A stretch of 64,000 nt of DNA from Syntrophaceae bacterium UBA2251 (GCA_002347815.1 DDXV01000003.1:25336-89335), one strand, 5' to 3'; positions 31,118 through 41,074 are shown, counted from the first letter of the stretch. Program-made: numbers and translations. Notes: generated from the sequence alone by a model not told the origin.

Positions 31118-32428
31118 CTAAAGGCTCTCATCCTCGATGCGGCACAGCTGCGTCTTTCCCATGACGACGTCCAGGCGGTCGATCTCCCGCAGGGCCGCCT
31201 GGACATCGGCCTCGCGCGCCTTATAGGTCGTCATGACAACCGGCACGGCGCCGTCGCGCTTCCGCCCCTTCTGAATGACCGCCGCGATGCTGATGTCCTT
31301 CTGTCCGAGAATCCCCGATATCTTTGAAAGGACGCCGGGACGATCCACCGCCGAGAAGCGGAAGTAATAATTCGTTTTGAGTTCGGCCATCGGAAGGATC
31401 ACGATATCGGGCATCGACGCCTCATGAAGCGCACGGCTCGGCACACGGCAGGAGATGCCCTTCAGGATGTCCCGCGCGATATCCATCAAATCGCTGACCA
31501 CGGCGCTGGCGGTCGGCATCATGCCCGAACCCTGCCCGTAGAGAAAGACCGAATCCGCGGCGTCGCCGATGATGTGGAAGGCGTTGAAGTTGCTGTTCAC
31601 GCTCGCGAGGAGGTGGTTGAAGGGAATCATCGTAGGATGGATGCGCGCCTCAATGCCGCCTTCCCTCTCGACGGCGATGGCCAAAAGCTTGATCCGATAG
31701 CCCAATTCCCGGGCCAGATCGATGTCCTGCGGCGTCAGATGGGAGATGCCTTCCCGGTAGATGTCCTCCAGACGGACGCGACGGCCGTACGCCAGCGAGA
31801 GGACAATCGCCAGCTTATGCGCCGTGTCGATCCCTTCCACGTCATAGGTCGGGTCCGCTTCGGCATGACCCAGGGCCTGCGCCTGCTTCAGGACCGTGGC
31901 GAAGGGTTCGCCCTCGTCGGTCATCTTGCTCAGGATGAAGTTGGAGGTCCCGTTCATGATCGCGAAGATCGACCGGATGTGGTTGCCGCCCAGGGCTTCG
32001 CGAAGCGTTTTGACGACGGGGATCGTCCCGCCGACGCTGGCCTCGAAGCCGATGTTCACCCCGCGGGCCTCGGCCTCGCGGAAGATGTCGTTCCCGTGGG
32101 TCGCCAGCAGGGCCTTGTTCGCCGTGACGACATGCTTGCCGCTGGACAGGGCGCTGAGGATCAGTGTCCGGGCCGGTTCGAACCCTCCCATCAGTTCGAT
32201 GACGATATCGATGTCCGGATCCGCGATCAGATCCTCCGCCCGTCGGGTCAGAAGCCCGGGCTCGATCGCCACCGGTCGGGGGGTGACGATGTCCAGATCC
32301 GCGATTTTCTTGAGTGTAAGCCGGGCGCCGAGACGCGCCTCGAGGACATCGCGATTCTCCTGCAGGAGCTTGACAACGCCCGTTCCGACGGTTCCGAAAC
32401 CCATTAATCCCAGCCCGATGGTTCGCAT
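31118..32428 (-). CDS. hom: homoserine dehydrogenase with C-terminal ACT domain
   Basis: 436 aa. GLMGFGTVGTGV NAD-binding motif. VVTANKALLA. C-terminal ACT-like regulatory domain. Confidence 0.95.
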   Translation of the reverse strand: MRTIGLGLMGFGTVGTGVVKLLQENRDVLEARLGARLTLKKIADLDIVTPRPVAIEPGLLTRRAEDLIADPDIDIVIELMGGFEPARTLILSALSSGKHVVTANKALLATHGNDIFREAEARGVNIGFEASVGGTIPVVKTLREALGGNHIRSIFAIMNGTSNFILSKMTDEGEPFATVLKQAQALGHAEADPTYDVEGIDTAHKLAIVLSLAYGRRVRLEDIYREGISHLTPQDIDLARELGYRIKLLAIAVEREGGIEARIHPTMIPFNHLLASVNSNFNAFHIIGDAADSVFLYGQGSGMMPTASAVVSDLMDIARDILKGISCRVPSRALHEASMPDIVILPMAELKTNYYFRFSAVDRPGVLSKISGILGQKDISIAAVIQKGRKRDGAVPVVMTTYKAREADVQAALREIDRLDVVMGKTQLCRIEDESL

Positions 32429-32455
32429 GATCCTCGTTCCTCCAGCGGCGGAGCT

Positions 32456-32483
32456 TCTATATCAGTTTTCGCCGATTTGTCAA
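32456..32483 (-). promoter_or_regulatory. candidate promoter of the hom string
   Basis: Minus strand: TTGACA (32483-32478), 16-nt spacer, TATAGA (32461-32456), about 28 nt upstream of the hom ATG, with GGAGGAA as SD. Confidence 0.45.
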
Positions 32484-32499
32484 AGCGAATTCCGGATGT

Positions 32500-34698
32500 T
32501 CACGCGGTCCGGGCGAGTTGAAGCCGACCTTCCCAGCGGCGGAAGAGCACCCGACGCAGCGCCCCGTGCCGGGGATGCGTCAGCGTGGGATCTTCGCTCA
32601 CGACCCGGAAGGCCTCCTCCTTCGCCGCTTGAAGGATGTCCATGTCCCGGACGAGGTGGGCCACGCGAAAATCAGGGATGCCGGACTGGCGCGTTCCCAT
32701 GAATTCACCCGGTCCCCGGATGGCAAGGTCCTCTTCCGCGATGCGAAATCCGTCGTTCGATTCCGCCATGATCCGCAGGCGTCGCCGCGCCGTCAACGTC
32801 GCACCCTTTCCGACCATGAGCAGGCAGGCGGAGGCGATCTCGCTGCGGCCGACGCGCCCGCGCAACTGGTGCAGTTGGGAAAGGCCGAAGCGCTCCGCGT
32901 GTTCGATCACCATCAGAGAGGCCCGCGGTACGTCGATGCCCACCTCGATGACCGACGTCGCCACCAGGATTTGAATCTCCCCCTCGGAAAATCGTTCCAT
33001 GACGCCGCCCTTCTCCGTCCCGGTCATACGGCCGTGGATGAGTCCGACCGCGCAGTCCGGAAAGACTTCCGCCTTCAAATGATCGGCCATTCGCGAGGCA
33101 TCCTTCAAATCCAGGACTTCCGATTCCTCGACCAGGGGATAGACGATGAACACCTGGCGGCCCTGTTCGACCTCCTGACGGATGGCCCGGTAGGCCGAGG
33201 ATCTCTGCCCCTCCGTCAAGACGCGGGTGAGGATCGGTTTCTTCCCGGGCGGCAGCCCGTCGATGATCGACACGTCGAGGTCCCCGTAAAGCGTCATGGC
33301 CAGGGTGCGGGGGATCGGCGTGGCGGTCATGACCAGGACATGCGGATGGCGGCCCTTGCCCCGGAGGGAACCACGCTGAAGGACGCCGAAGCGATGCTGC
33401 TCGTCGATCACGATGAGGCCCAGCCGATGAAAGGATACGGAGGCCTGGATCAAGGCCTGGGTCCCGACAGCGACCGGAATCGCGCCCCGCTGCATCCCGC
33501 CGTATACCGACTGCCTTTCCCGTGCCGTCAGAGAACCGGTCAGGAGTTCAGCCTCGATACCCAGGGGCTGCAGCCAGCGCCGGATGGTCCGGTGGTGCTG
33601 CGCGGCAAGCACCTCCGTCGGCGCCATGAGCGCCGCCTGAAACCCGTTTTGACAGGCCGTGACCAGGGCCGCCAGTGCGACCACCGTCTTGCCGCTGCCG
33701 ACATCGCCCTGCAGAAGACGGTTCATCGGGGATGAACGGTCAAGGTCGTGGGCGATTTCGGACCAGACGCGTTCCTGGGCGGGGGTCATCCGGAACGGAA
33801 GCGCCTCGAAAAAACGCTTTAGCATCGGTCCGCGCGTATCGAGGGGACAACCCGGCTCCGTGACGTTTTCGCGGTAGCGGAGGGCCATGCCGAGCTGAAA
33901 AAAGAAGAACTCGTCGAAAACGATGCGCCGCCGTGCCGCGGAGCGCATCCCGTTCAGGTCGTCCATCTCCTCGTCGTGATCGGGGAAATGGACACGTCGG
34001 ACGGCCTCCGGCATGTCCATGAGGCGCTGACGCCGGCAGACGGGCGCCGGTATGGGGCTCACCAGATCGTCCGCGTGCGACACCACGAGGCCCCCCATGA
34101 TGCGGCGGATCGTTTTCTGTGGCAGGCCTTCCGTCTCCGAGTAGACGGGAACGATGCGACTGAAGGGGAGCCGGTCTTTTTCATCGTCCCCATCGAGGGT
34201 TTCGAAGTCCGGATGGATCATCTCCAGACCCGAAGAAACCGAGCGGACATCCCCCGTCAGGATGACCGTCACACCGACCCGGAAAATCCCGTGCAGATAG
34301 GCAAACCGTCCGCGGATCCAGCGGACGGTCATCGTTCCGCTGTCGTCCTTGAGCGTCACCTCGAATTGATGGCGATATCCGCGGGACGTCAGACCGCTCC
34401 AGACGACCTTTCCGACCACGGTTTCCCGCCTTCCCGCCACAATCCGTCCCAGCGGTTTCAGGTTCCGGCGGTCTTCATAACGGCGCGGGAGAAAGTAGAG
34501 GAGGTCCTCGATGGTAGTCAGATCCTTCCGTGCCAGTCGTTCCGCCATCTTCGGACCAACTCCCTTGAGGAAGCGAACCGGCTGATCGAGACGAGCGAAG
34601 CGGCGCATGAGCGCCGCTTCGGGAGGTCCCCCCTCGGGTTCGGGCCGGGGAGACGGCGGCGTAACGCTTTTCTGGAGACGATTCGGACGGTCGGACAT
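32500..34698 (-). CDS. recG: ATP-dependent DNA helicase RecG
   Basis: Wedge domain plus SF2 helicase motifs (GDVGSGKT, DEQHRFG, TATPIPRT). Start placed at MSDRPN (34698). The longest ORF reaches 34791. Confidence 0.93.
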   Translation of the reverse strand: MSDRPNRLQKSVTPPSPRPEPEGGPPEAALMRRFARLDQPVRFLKGVGPKMAERLARKDLTTIEDLLYFLPRRYEDRRNLKPLGRIVAGRRETVVGKVVWSGLTSRGYRHQFEVTLKDDSGTMTVRWIRGRFAYLHGIFRVGVTVILTGDVRSVSSGLEMIHPDFETLDGDDEKDRLPFSRIVPVYSETEGLPQKTIRRIMGGLVVSHADDLVSPIPAPVCRRQRLMDMPEAVRRVHFPDHDEEMDDLNGMRSAARRRIVFDEFFFFQLGMALRYRENVTEPGCPLDTRGPMLKRFFEALPFRMTPAQERVWSEIAHDLDRSSPMNRLLQGDVGSGKTVVALAALVTACQNGFQAALMAPTEVLAAQHHRTIRRWLQPLGIEAELLTGSLTARERQSVYGGMQRGAIPVAVGTQALIQASVSFHRLGLIVIDEQHRFGVLQRGSLRGKGRHPHVLVMTATPIPRTLAMTLYGDLDVSIIDGLPPGKKPILTRVLTEGQRSSAYRAIRQEVEQGRQVFIVYPLVEESEVLDLKDASRMADHLKAEVFPDCAVGLIHGRMTGTEKGGVMERFSEGEIQILVATSVIEVGIDVPRASLMVIEHAERFGLSQLHQLRGRVGRSEIASACLLMVGKGATLTARRRLRIMAESNDGFRIAEEDLAIRGPGEFMGTRQSGIPDFRVAHLVRDMDILQAAKEEAFRVVSEDPTLTHPRHGALRRVLFRRWEGRLQLARTA

Positions 34699-34784
34699 GC
34701 GCGATGCCTGATTTAGTTCAATAATATCCGCAATTAGGATGACGGAATGGTTATCAGAAATCGCCGCTTGCCGCAAGGAATGAT

Positions 34785-34813
34785 TTGACATTCGTTCCTC
34801 CGTGGGTTAAGCA
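34785..34813 (+). promoter_or_regulatory. candidate promoter of purMN
   Basis: TTGACA, 17-nt spacer, TAAGCA, about 58 nt upstream of the purM ATG. Confidence 0.3.
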
Positions 34814-34870
34814 GACCCATCGATTTGCGCCGGAGTGGCGCGACTTTCATCCTTATTTCTCGGAGATCAC

Positions 34871-35923
34871 ATGCAGGACAATGCGTCGTACAAGGCGGCA
34901 GGGGTCGATATCGACGAGGCGAATCGCTTTGTAGAGCGCCTCAAACCCCTCGTGAAGACGACCTTCCGCAGGGAAGTGATGAGCGGAATCGGCGGTTTTG
35001 GCGGCCTGTTCCACCTCGACCCGGAAAAGTATCGCGATCCCGTGCTCGTTTCGTCCACGGACGGCGTGGGAACGAAGCTCAAAATCGCCCAGGAGATGAA
35101 CCGGCATGATACCATCGGCATCGACCTGGTCGCCATGTCCGTCAATGACATCGTTGTTCAGGGCGCCGAACCCCTCTTCTTCCTGGATTATCTCTCCCTG
35201 GGAAAAATCGATGTCGGCCGCTGTCTGGAAATCCTGGACGGCATCGTCCGAGGCTGCCAGGACGCCGGCTGCGCCCTGATCGGCGGCGAAACGGCCGAAA
35301 TGCCGGGATTCTATCGCGACGATGAATACGATCTGGCCGGTTTCTGCGTCGGGATCGTCGACGCCGACCGACTGCTGGACGGTTCGGCCATCCGCGTCGG
35401 AGACCGGATTATCGGTCTGGCCTCGAGCGGCCTGCACAGCAACGGCTTTTCCCTGGCCCGTCATGTCCTGTTCGAGCGGGGAGGCTATCGCCTGGGCGAT
35501 CGTCTGGAGGCCTTCGAGCACGCCATCGGCGACGAGCTCCTGGCTCCGACACGGATCTATGTGCGGACGGTGTTGAACCTCATCAAGAACTTCACGGTCA
35601 AGGGCATCGTCCATATCACCGGAGGCGGTTTTATCGACAACATCCCGCGGATCATCCCCGCCGCCTCGCGCGTCATCATTCAGAAGGGCGCCTGGCCGGT
35701 TCACCCGGTTTTTTCGGCGATCCAGAAAATCGGAAACATCGTGGACGACGAGATGTACCGCGTGTTCAACATGGGCATCGGCATGATGCTGGTGGTTCCG
35801 GAGAAGGAAAGCGGGGAAATCCTCGAACGGCTGGAACGGCTGGGAGAGAAAGCTTACCTTATCGGACAGATCGATAAGCGGGATCCGGAGCAGCCCTCCG
35901 TCGTCCTGCTCCCGCCGGCCTGA
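34871..35923 (+). CDS. purM: phosphoribosylformylglycinamidine cyclo-ligase (AIR synthetase)
   Basis: Starts MQDNASYKAAGVDIDEAN. Contains GGFGGLF, DGVGTKL and GGETAEMPG motifs. Confidence 0.95.
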   Translation: MQDNASYKAAGVDIDEANRFVERLKPLVKTTFRREVMSGIGGFGGLFHLDPEKYRDPVLVSSTDGVGTKLKIAQEMNRHDTIGIDLVAMSVNDIVVQGAEPLFFLDYLSLGKIDVGRCLEILDGIVRGCQDAGCALIGGETAEMPGFYRDDEYDLAGFCVGIVDADRLLDGSAIRVGDRIIGLASSGLHSNGFSLARHVLFERGGYRLGDRLEAFEHAIGDELLAPTRIYVRTVLNLIKNFTVKGIVHITGGGFIDNIPRIIPAASRVIIQKGAWPVHPVFSAIQKIGNIVDDEMYRVFNMGIGMMLVVPEKESGEILERLERLGEKAYLIGQIDKRDPEQPSVVLLPPA

Positions 35924-35956
35924 TCCCCGAATGCCTGCCCCCCTGGAGTCCCTCGC

Positions 35957-36649
35957 ATGAAAAGACGGATCATCACGCTGGGTGTCCTGGTTTCCGGAAA
36001 CGGATCCAACCTCCAGGCCATCATCGACCGCATCGAGGCACGGACCCTCGATGCCCGCATTGCCGTCGTGATCAGCAACGATCCCGGGGCGTTCGCGCTC
36101 GAACGGGCGGCACGCCGCGGTATTCCCGTCGTCAAGGTCCCGTCAGGGGCTTATCCGTCGCGGGAAGCGGCGGACGCCGCCATGGTCGAGGTCCTGAACG
36201 AATGCGGCGTGGAACTCGTCGTCCTGGCCGGCTTCATGCGCCTCCTTTCGGAGGCATTCCTCCGGGCCTTTCCGATGCGGATCATCAACATCCACCCTGC
36301 GCTGCTTCCGGCGTTTCCCGGTGTGCACAGCCAGCAACAGGCCGCGGATTACGGCGTGAAATTCTCGGGCTGCACGGTGCATTTTGTCGATCAGGGCGTC
36401 GATACCGGTCCCATCATTGTCCAGGCCGTGGTTCCGGTCGAGGAGGCCGATACGGAGGCCACCCTCGGCGCCCGGATTCTCGAGGAGGAACACCGCATCT
36501 TTCCCCAAGCCATCCAGTGGTATGCGGAGGGGCGTTTGCGCGTCGAAGGGCGCAAGGTCTTACTCGAAGCGGGCCGCACCTGCGGCCGGGTTGCCCTACA
36601 TCAACCGGCCCTCGAAGCGGGACCCGGTGCCTTCGGGAAGGAGGAATGA
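35957..36649 (+). CDS. purN: phosphoribosylglycinamide formyltransferase
   Basis: 230 aa. LGVLVSGNGSNLQAI, INIHPALLP and GCTVHFVD motifs. Confidence 0.93.
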   Translation: MKRRIITLGVLVSGNGSNLQAIIDRIEARTLDARIAVVISNDPGAFALERAARRGIPVVKVPSGAYPSREAADAAMVEVLNECGVELVVLAGFMRLLSEAFLRAFPMRIINIHPALLPAFPGVHSQQQAADYGVKFSGCTVHFVDQGVDTGPIIVQAVVPVEEADTEATLGARILEEEHRIFPQAIQWYAEGRLRVEGRKVLLEAGRTCGRVALHQPALEAGPGAFGKEE

Positions 36650-36652
36650 CCC

Positions 36653-37966
36653 ATGATGAATCATCCCCCCTATGATTTCACGATTCAGTCGCTGGGGGAA
36701 TGCGCCACGGACTCCCCCTTGAACGTCAGCTTTTTCACGTCCGACCGCAAACGGGTCCTGTTCGATCACTTCCTGCATGATCACGACGATCTTCGTAAAG
36801 AACAGGACACCGCCCCCCTGTCCGTCGAACTCGCGGGTCCGCGCGACAAGATCTTCTTCGAACCGATTCAGGCCAAGGCGGCGATCGTCACCTGCGGCGG
36901 ATTGTGCCCGGGAATCAACGACGTCATCCGCGCCATCGTCATGGAGCTGTACCATCGCTACGAAGTCAGGAACATCATCGGCATCCGCTACGGATTCCGC
37001 GGCCTGATTCCCCGTTTCGGTTACGAACTGATGGAGCTGCATCCCGACACCGTGGAGAACATCCACGGCGTCGGGGGGAGCCTCCTTTCGTCCTCCCGGG
37101 GGCGGCAGGATATCGTGGAGATGGTCAACGCCCTCAAACGGATGAACATCGATATCCTCTTCTGCATCGGCGGGGACGGCACCATGCGTGCGGCGGAGGC
37201 GCTCACCGACGAGACCACGCGTCGCAGGCTCAACATCAGCGTGATCGGGATCCCCAAGACCATCGACAACGATCTGACCCTCATTCAGAAGACCTTCGGC
37301 TACGACACGGCCATTTCCGAGGCCGTCAACGCGATCCGCTGCGCCCACGTGGAGGCGAAAGGCGCCCCCATGGGCATCGGCCTCGTGAAGATCATGGGTC
37401 GTCAATCGGGCCAGATCGCGGCCGGGTCCGCCCTGGCCCAAAATGACGTCAATTTCGTTCTCGTTCCCGAGGTCCCGTTCGACCTCGAGGGCGAGAAAGG
37501 GTTTCTGGCCGCGCTGGAAAAACGCTTGCGGCATCGACATCACGCGGTCATTCTCGTCGCGGAAGGCGCGGGACAGGAGCACATCGAGCCGGGTAAAAAC
37601 GCGGTAGATACCGACGCCTCCGGCAATCCCCGCCTGAAGGACATCGGATTCTTTCTGAAGACCCGGATCGAGGAGCACTTCTCCCGGCTGAATATCGAGG
37701 TCAACCTGAAGTATATCGACCCCAGCTACATGATCCGGAGCGTCACCGCCAACGCCAGCGACAGCATCTACTGCAGCGCATTGGGACAGTACGCGGTCCA
37801 TGCCGGCATGGCCGGAAAAACGGGGATGCTGGTCGGGTTGATGCAGGACGAATACGTCCACTTGCCACTGAAGATGGTTTCCTCCAAAGCCAGGCTCGAT
37901 CCGCAGGGTACGATCTGGATGCGCGTCCTCGAATCGACGGGCCAGCCTCCGATCCTAAAAAATTGA
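36653..37966 (+). CDS. pfk: 6-phosphofructokinase (phosphoryl donor ATP or PPi not decidable)
   Basis: 437 aa. GGLCPGINDVIR, GGDGT, IPKTIDNDL and MGRQSG motifs. Carries Gly at the position equivalent to E. coli G104 but Lys at the position equivalent to G124. Confidence 0.9.
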   Translation: MMNHPPYDFTIQSLGECATDSPLNVSFFTSDRKRVLFDHFLHDHDDLRKEQDTAPLSVELAGPRDKIFFEPIQAKAAIVTCGGLCPGINDVIRAIVMELYHRYEVRNIIGIRYGFRGLIPRFGYELMELHPDTVENIHGVGGSLLSSSRGRQDIVEMVNALKRMNIDILFCIGGDGTMRAAEALTDETTRRRLNISVIGIPKTIDNDLTLIQKTFGYDTAISEAVNAIRCAHVEAKGAPMGIGLVKIMGRQSGQIAAGSALAQNDVNFVLVPEVPFDLEGEKGFLAALEKRLRHRHHAVILVAEGAGQEHIEPGKNAVDTDASGNPRLKDIGFFLKTRIEEHFSRLNIEVNLKYIDPSYMIRSVTANASDSIYCSALGQYAVHAGMAGKTGMLVGLMQDEYVHLPLKMVSSKARLDPQGTIWMRVLESTGQPPILKN

Positions 37967-38004
37967 CCGCGTCGACCGGCGATCGAATGATCGCAAAAAA
38001 ATGC

Positions 38005-38033
38005 TTGCAATAACGGCGGGAATGCTTTAGGTA
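38005..38033 (+). promoter_or_regulatory. candidate promoter of rpmB
   Basis: A-tract, then TTGCAA (38005-38010), 17-nt spacer, TAGGTA (38028-38033). Same -10 hexamer and spacing as the tRNA-Val promoter candidate. Confidence 0.45.
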
Positions 38034-38065
38034 TCGCCCACAGTTTGGTCAGGGGGAGTGTAAAA

Positions 38066-38263
38066 ATGTCAAGAATGTGTGAAGTTTGCGGAAAAGGACC
38101 GGCGTTCGGTCACAATGTGAGTCACGCCAACAACAAAACCAAGAAGGTCTGGTATCCCAATTTGCAGCGCATGCGGTGCATCGATCAGAAGACGGGCGCC
38201 ATCAAGCGCGTCCGCGTCTGTACCCGCTGCCTGCGTTCCGGATTCGTGAAGAAGGCTCTGTAG
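38066..38263 (+). CDS. rpmB: 50S ribosomal protein L28
   Basis: 65 aa, [27 protein letters not shown]... SD GGGGGAG upstream. Confidence 0.93.
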   Translation: MSRMCEVCGKGPAFGHNVSHANNKTKKVWYPNLQRMRCIDQKTGAIKRVRVCTRCLRSGFVKKAL

Positions 38264-38269
38264 GTCTTT

Positions 38270-38294
38270 GCCCGGCGGCATCCGTCCGCCGGGC
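38270..38294. terminator. GC-rich hairpin between convergent rpmB and the exported-protein gene
   Basis: Perfect 9-bp stem GCCCGGCGG/CCGCCGGGC with a 7-nt loop. No U-tract on either strand, so terminator function is uncertain. Confidence 0.4.
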
Positions 38295-38297
38295 CCG

Positions 38298-38717
38298 CTA
38301 ACCCTTCCCGCCGATCGTCATTTTCTTCAAATCCTGGAGCCTGATCTGAAACGTTCCGTAGTCCGTGGCGCCGTAGGCTTTCTGACTTCCGTTCAGAATG
38401 AGCTCCAGGGACGCGCCGTCGCGCAGTTTGACCACCCCGATGAGCTTGCCCTCGGACAAGCGGAAAACCACGGACGCGATCCGGTCGAACCCGATGGTGT
38501 AATTCCCCTCGCCCCGCTTCCCCTGCAGGTAGGTCGCCCCATCGATGCTGACGTTCGCGCACGGCGTGAGCACATCCATCTGATCGATGAAGGACGCCCG
38601 GAATTTCTTCTGGGGTACCGGGATTTTCTCGGGGGAATCGCCACCCGTCCGCGAACCCATTCCCAGGGCCAGCGGCAGCACGAGCAGCACGATCCAAAGG
38701 AGCCTTCTTTTCGACAT
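38298..38717 (-). CDS. exported hypothetical protein
   Basis: 139 aa. Strong SD GGGAGGG. Signal-peptide-like N-terminus MSKRRLLWIVLLVLPLALG. No family recognised. Confidence 0.6.
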   Translation of the reverse strand: MSKRRLLWIVLLVLPLALGMGSRTGGDSPEKIPVPQKKFRASFIDQMDVLTPCANVSIDGATYLQGKRGEGNYTIGFDRIASVVFRLSEGKLIGVVKLRDGASLELILNGSQKAYGATDYGTFQIRLQDLKKMTIGGKG

Positions 38718-38924
38718 ATGTCCCTCCCATCACGTCCCGTTGCCGCGGTCCGAACGCCCCCCCGCGACTTCGGCTTTTGCGTATCACTTCGCTCGCCAAA
38801 TATCAAGATGCAAGAGGAAGCCGTTCGGTTTGCCCGGCGTCCCCATTCTTTCCTTGACACCGGAGGGGACATGAATCATATATCGCGGAACCAAACGGAT
38901 GCCGGACACACATCAGGAGTCCCC

Positions 38925-40673
38925 ATGGTCCACACACTGCCGACGACAAGATGGAAGATCCCCGACGGCAATCGGTCGCTTCAGGAATCTCTCATTCGGG
39001 AGCTGGGCATCCACGACGTCCTGTCCCAGATCCTGATCAATCGCGATATCCAGGATCCGGATACGGCCCGCCGCTACCTCCGCCCTTCTCTGCGCGACCT
39101 GCACAGCCCCTTCCTCATGAAAGACATGCCCGAGGGGGTACGGCGCCTGGCCCTGGCCCTTCAAAACCGCGAAAGGGTCATGATCTACGGCGACTACGAC
39201 GCCGACGGGATCACGTCCGTGGTCGTTCTGTACAAATTCCTCAAGACGATCGACGCCGATGTCCTTTACGCCATCCCTGATCGCATCAAGGAGGGTTACG
39301 GCCTGAACCTCGGGGCGGTGGACGATATGGCGGCCCGCGGCATCCGTCTCATCGTCACGGTCGACTGCGGCATTTCCGACCATGAAGCGATCGCCCATGC
39401 GCGTTCTCTCGGGATCGACACGATCATCCTCGACCATCACGAGGTCCCGCCTTCCCTCCCCCCCGCCGTTGCCGCGATCAATCCGAACCGGGCGGACTGT
39501 CCGTTTCCCTTCAAATCCCTGGCGGCGGTCGGGATCGTGTTCAATTTTCTCATCGCCCTCCGGGGTCAGCTGCGCCAGGAGGGCTTCTGGACGAACCGCC
39601 CCTACCCGAACCTCCGGGATTATCTGGACCTGGTTGCCCTCGGGACGATCGGGGATATCGCCCCGCTGATCGACGAGAATCGCATTTTCGCCCGCATCGG
39701 CCTCGATCTCATCACGGAGGGCAGGCGCGTCGGATTGGTCGCGCTCAAGAAGATCTGTTCCCTGGATCACCAGACGATCGATTCGTCGAAGGCCTCCTAC
39801 GGTCTCATCCCCCGCATCAACGCCGCCGGACGCATCGCCTCGCCGGGGGAAGCCATTCGCCTGCTCTTGACGGAGGACGAAGAAGAGGCCCGGCAGTCCG
39901 CCGCGCTTCTCGACGGTCTCAATCGCAAGCGCCAGGCCCTCGAGAAAGGAATCCTCCAGGAACTGATCGCCGATATCGAAAAGGATCCGGCCTCGGGCCG
40001 GCGATCGTCGTTCGTCTTCGCCTCCGAACGCTGGCATCCGGGCGTCATCGGAATCGTCGCGGCGCGCCTGGTCGATCGCTACGGCCGACCGGCCATTCTG
40101 ATCAGCCTCAAGGACGGCGTCGGCAAGGGTTCGGGACGGAGCGTCCCCGATTTCAATATCTATGAGGGATTGAGGCGCTGCGCCTCCGGCCTTCTGTCCT
40201 ATGGCGGCCACCGCTTCGCCGCGGGCATTTCCATCCGCGCGGAGGATGTCGGTTCGTTTGCGCGCCAGTTCGATGCCATCGTCGCAGAAGATCTGTCCGG
40301 CGCCTCTTTCATGACCCAGACGGCCATCGACGCCCAGTGCGAACTCTCGGACATCAATCAGGAACTGCTTTCCCAGATCGGTCTCTTGGCGCCTTTCGGC
40401 AGCATGAACCCCGAACCGGTGGTGTGCATCCGCGGGGTCAATGTTCAGACACCGACCGTCGTCGGGAACAACCACCTCCGGATGAGAATTTCATCGAACA
40501 ACGTTTCCTGCAGCTCCATCTGGTTCAACAAGGGTCATCTGCTCCCCGCCGTTGCCGGTTCGACCCTGGATATCGCCTTCACCCCGCAGTTCAACCACTG
40601 GAACGGGTCGTCCGTCATCCAGTTGAAAATGAAGGACATGGCGATCCCCGATGCGGATCCCGCGCATCCATGA
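38925..40673 (+). CDS. recJ: single-stranded-DNA-specific exonuclease RecJ
   Basis: DHH motifs (IYGDYDADGITS, VDCGISD, LDHH) and DHHA1 (GGHRFAAG). Start placed at ATG 38925 behind AGGAG. ATG 38871 is an alternative. The longer ORF from 38268 overlaps the opposite-strand gene and is not credible. Confidence 0.92.
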   Translation: MVHTLPTTRWKIPDGNRSLQESLIRELGIHDVLSQILINRDIQDPDTARRYLRPSLRDLHSPFLMKDMPEGVRRLALALQNRERVMIYGDYDADGITSVVVLYKFLKTIDADVLYAIPDRIKEGYGLNLGAVDDMAARGIRLIVTVDCGISDHEAIAHARSLGIDTIILDHHEVPPSLPPAVAAINPNRADCPFPFKSLAAVGIVFNFLIALRGQLRQEGFWTNRPYPNLRDYLDLVALGTIGDIAPLIDENRIFARIGLDLITEGRRVGLVALKKICSLDHQTIDSSKASYGLIPRINAAGRIASPGEAIRLLLTEDEEEARQSAALLDGLNRKRQALEKGILQELIADIEKDPASGRRSSFVFASERWHPGVIGIVAARLVDRYGRPAILISLKDGVGKGSGRSVPDFNIYEGLRRCASGLLSYGGHRFAAGISIRAEDVGSFARQFDAIVAEDLSGASFMTQTAIDAQCELSDINQELLSQIGLLAPFGSMNPEPVVCIRGVNVQTPTVVGNNHLRMRISSNNVSCSSIWFNKGHLLPAVAGSTLDIAFTPQFNHWNGSSVIQLKMKDMAIPDADPAHP

Positions 40674-41074
40674 AAACCCTCACCAAAGCGGTCCTCCTGT
40701 CCGCTCTGGCCGCGCCGGGAACCGGAGAGATCCTGCTTCGCCGCTACGGCCGGGGAATCTTTCTGCTCGCCTGCTTTCTCATCGTCGCCGGTTCCACGTT
40801 AGCCGTGGCCTTTGTCCAGATCTGGCAGTCGCTCGACGCATTCGCACGGCCGGGCGCCACGCTCGGCCCGGAAGCGATCCTGCGCTCGGCGGGGCAGGCC
40901 CTGAGGCCGCATGCCGCCCGTTATGCCGCCGCTCTCGTTGTCCTTCTGATTCTCTGGGGGTTTTCCGTCATCGAAACCTATTGGCTGGGCCGGAAAGGAG
41001 TCTGGGATGATCCGGTACATGAGGGACCACGAACGGAGGGTCCGGGCGGCCCTGGCGTGCGCCGCCGCGGATGA
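40670..41074 (+). CDS. hypothetical membrane protein
   Basis: 134 aa from an ATG overlapping the recJ stop (ATGA). Two or three hydrophobic helices. The C-terminal 22 codons overlap the next ORF. Confidence 0.5.
   Translation: MKTLTKAVLLSALAAPGTGEILLRRYGRGIFLLACFLIVAGSTLAVAFVQIWQSLDAFARPGATLGPEAILRSAGQALRPHAARYAAALVVLLILWGFSVIETYWLGRKGVWDDPVHEGPRTEGPGGPGVRRRG

Noticed and set aside
38268-38924. N-terminal 200-aa extension of the recJ ORF. Similar long 5' extensions occur in the ORFs for UPF0280, livF, livG, livH, hisS, purM, recG and the TPR protein.
   Set aside because: The extensions overlap neighbouring genes on the same or opposite strand. They have biased Arg/Pro/Gly composition and lack homology. 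Internal starts with good SD sequences match the expected N-termini.
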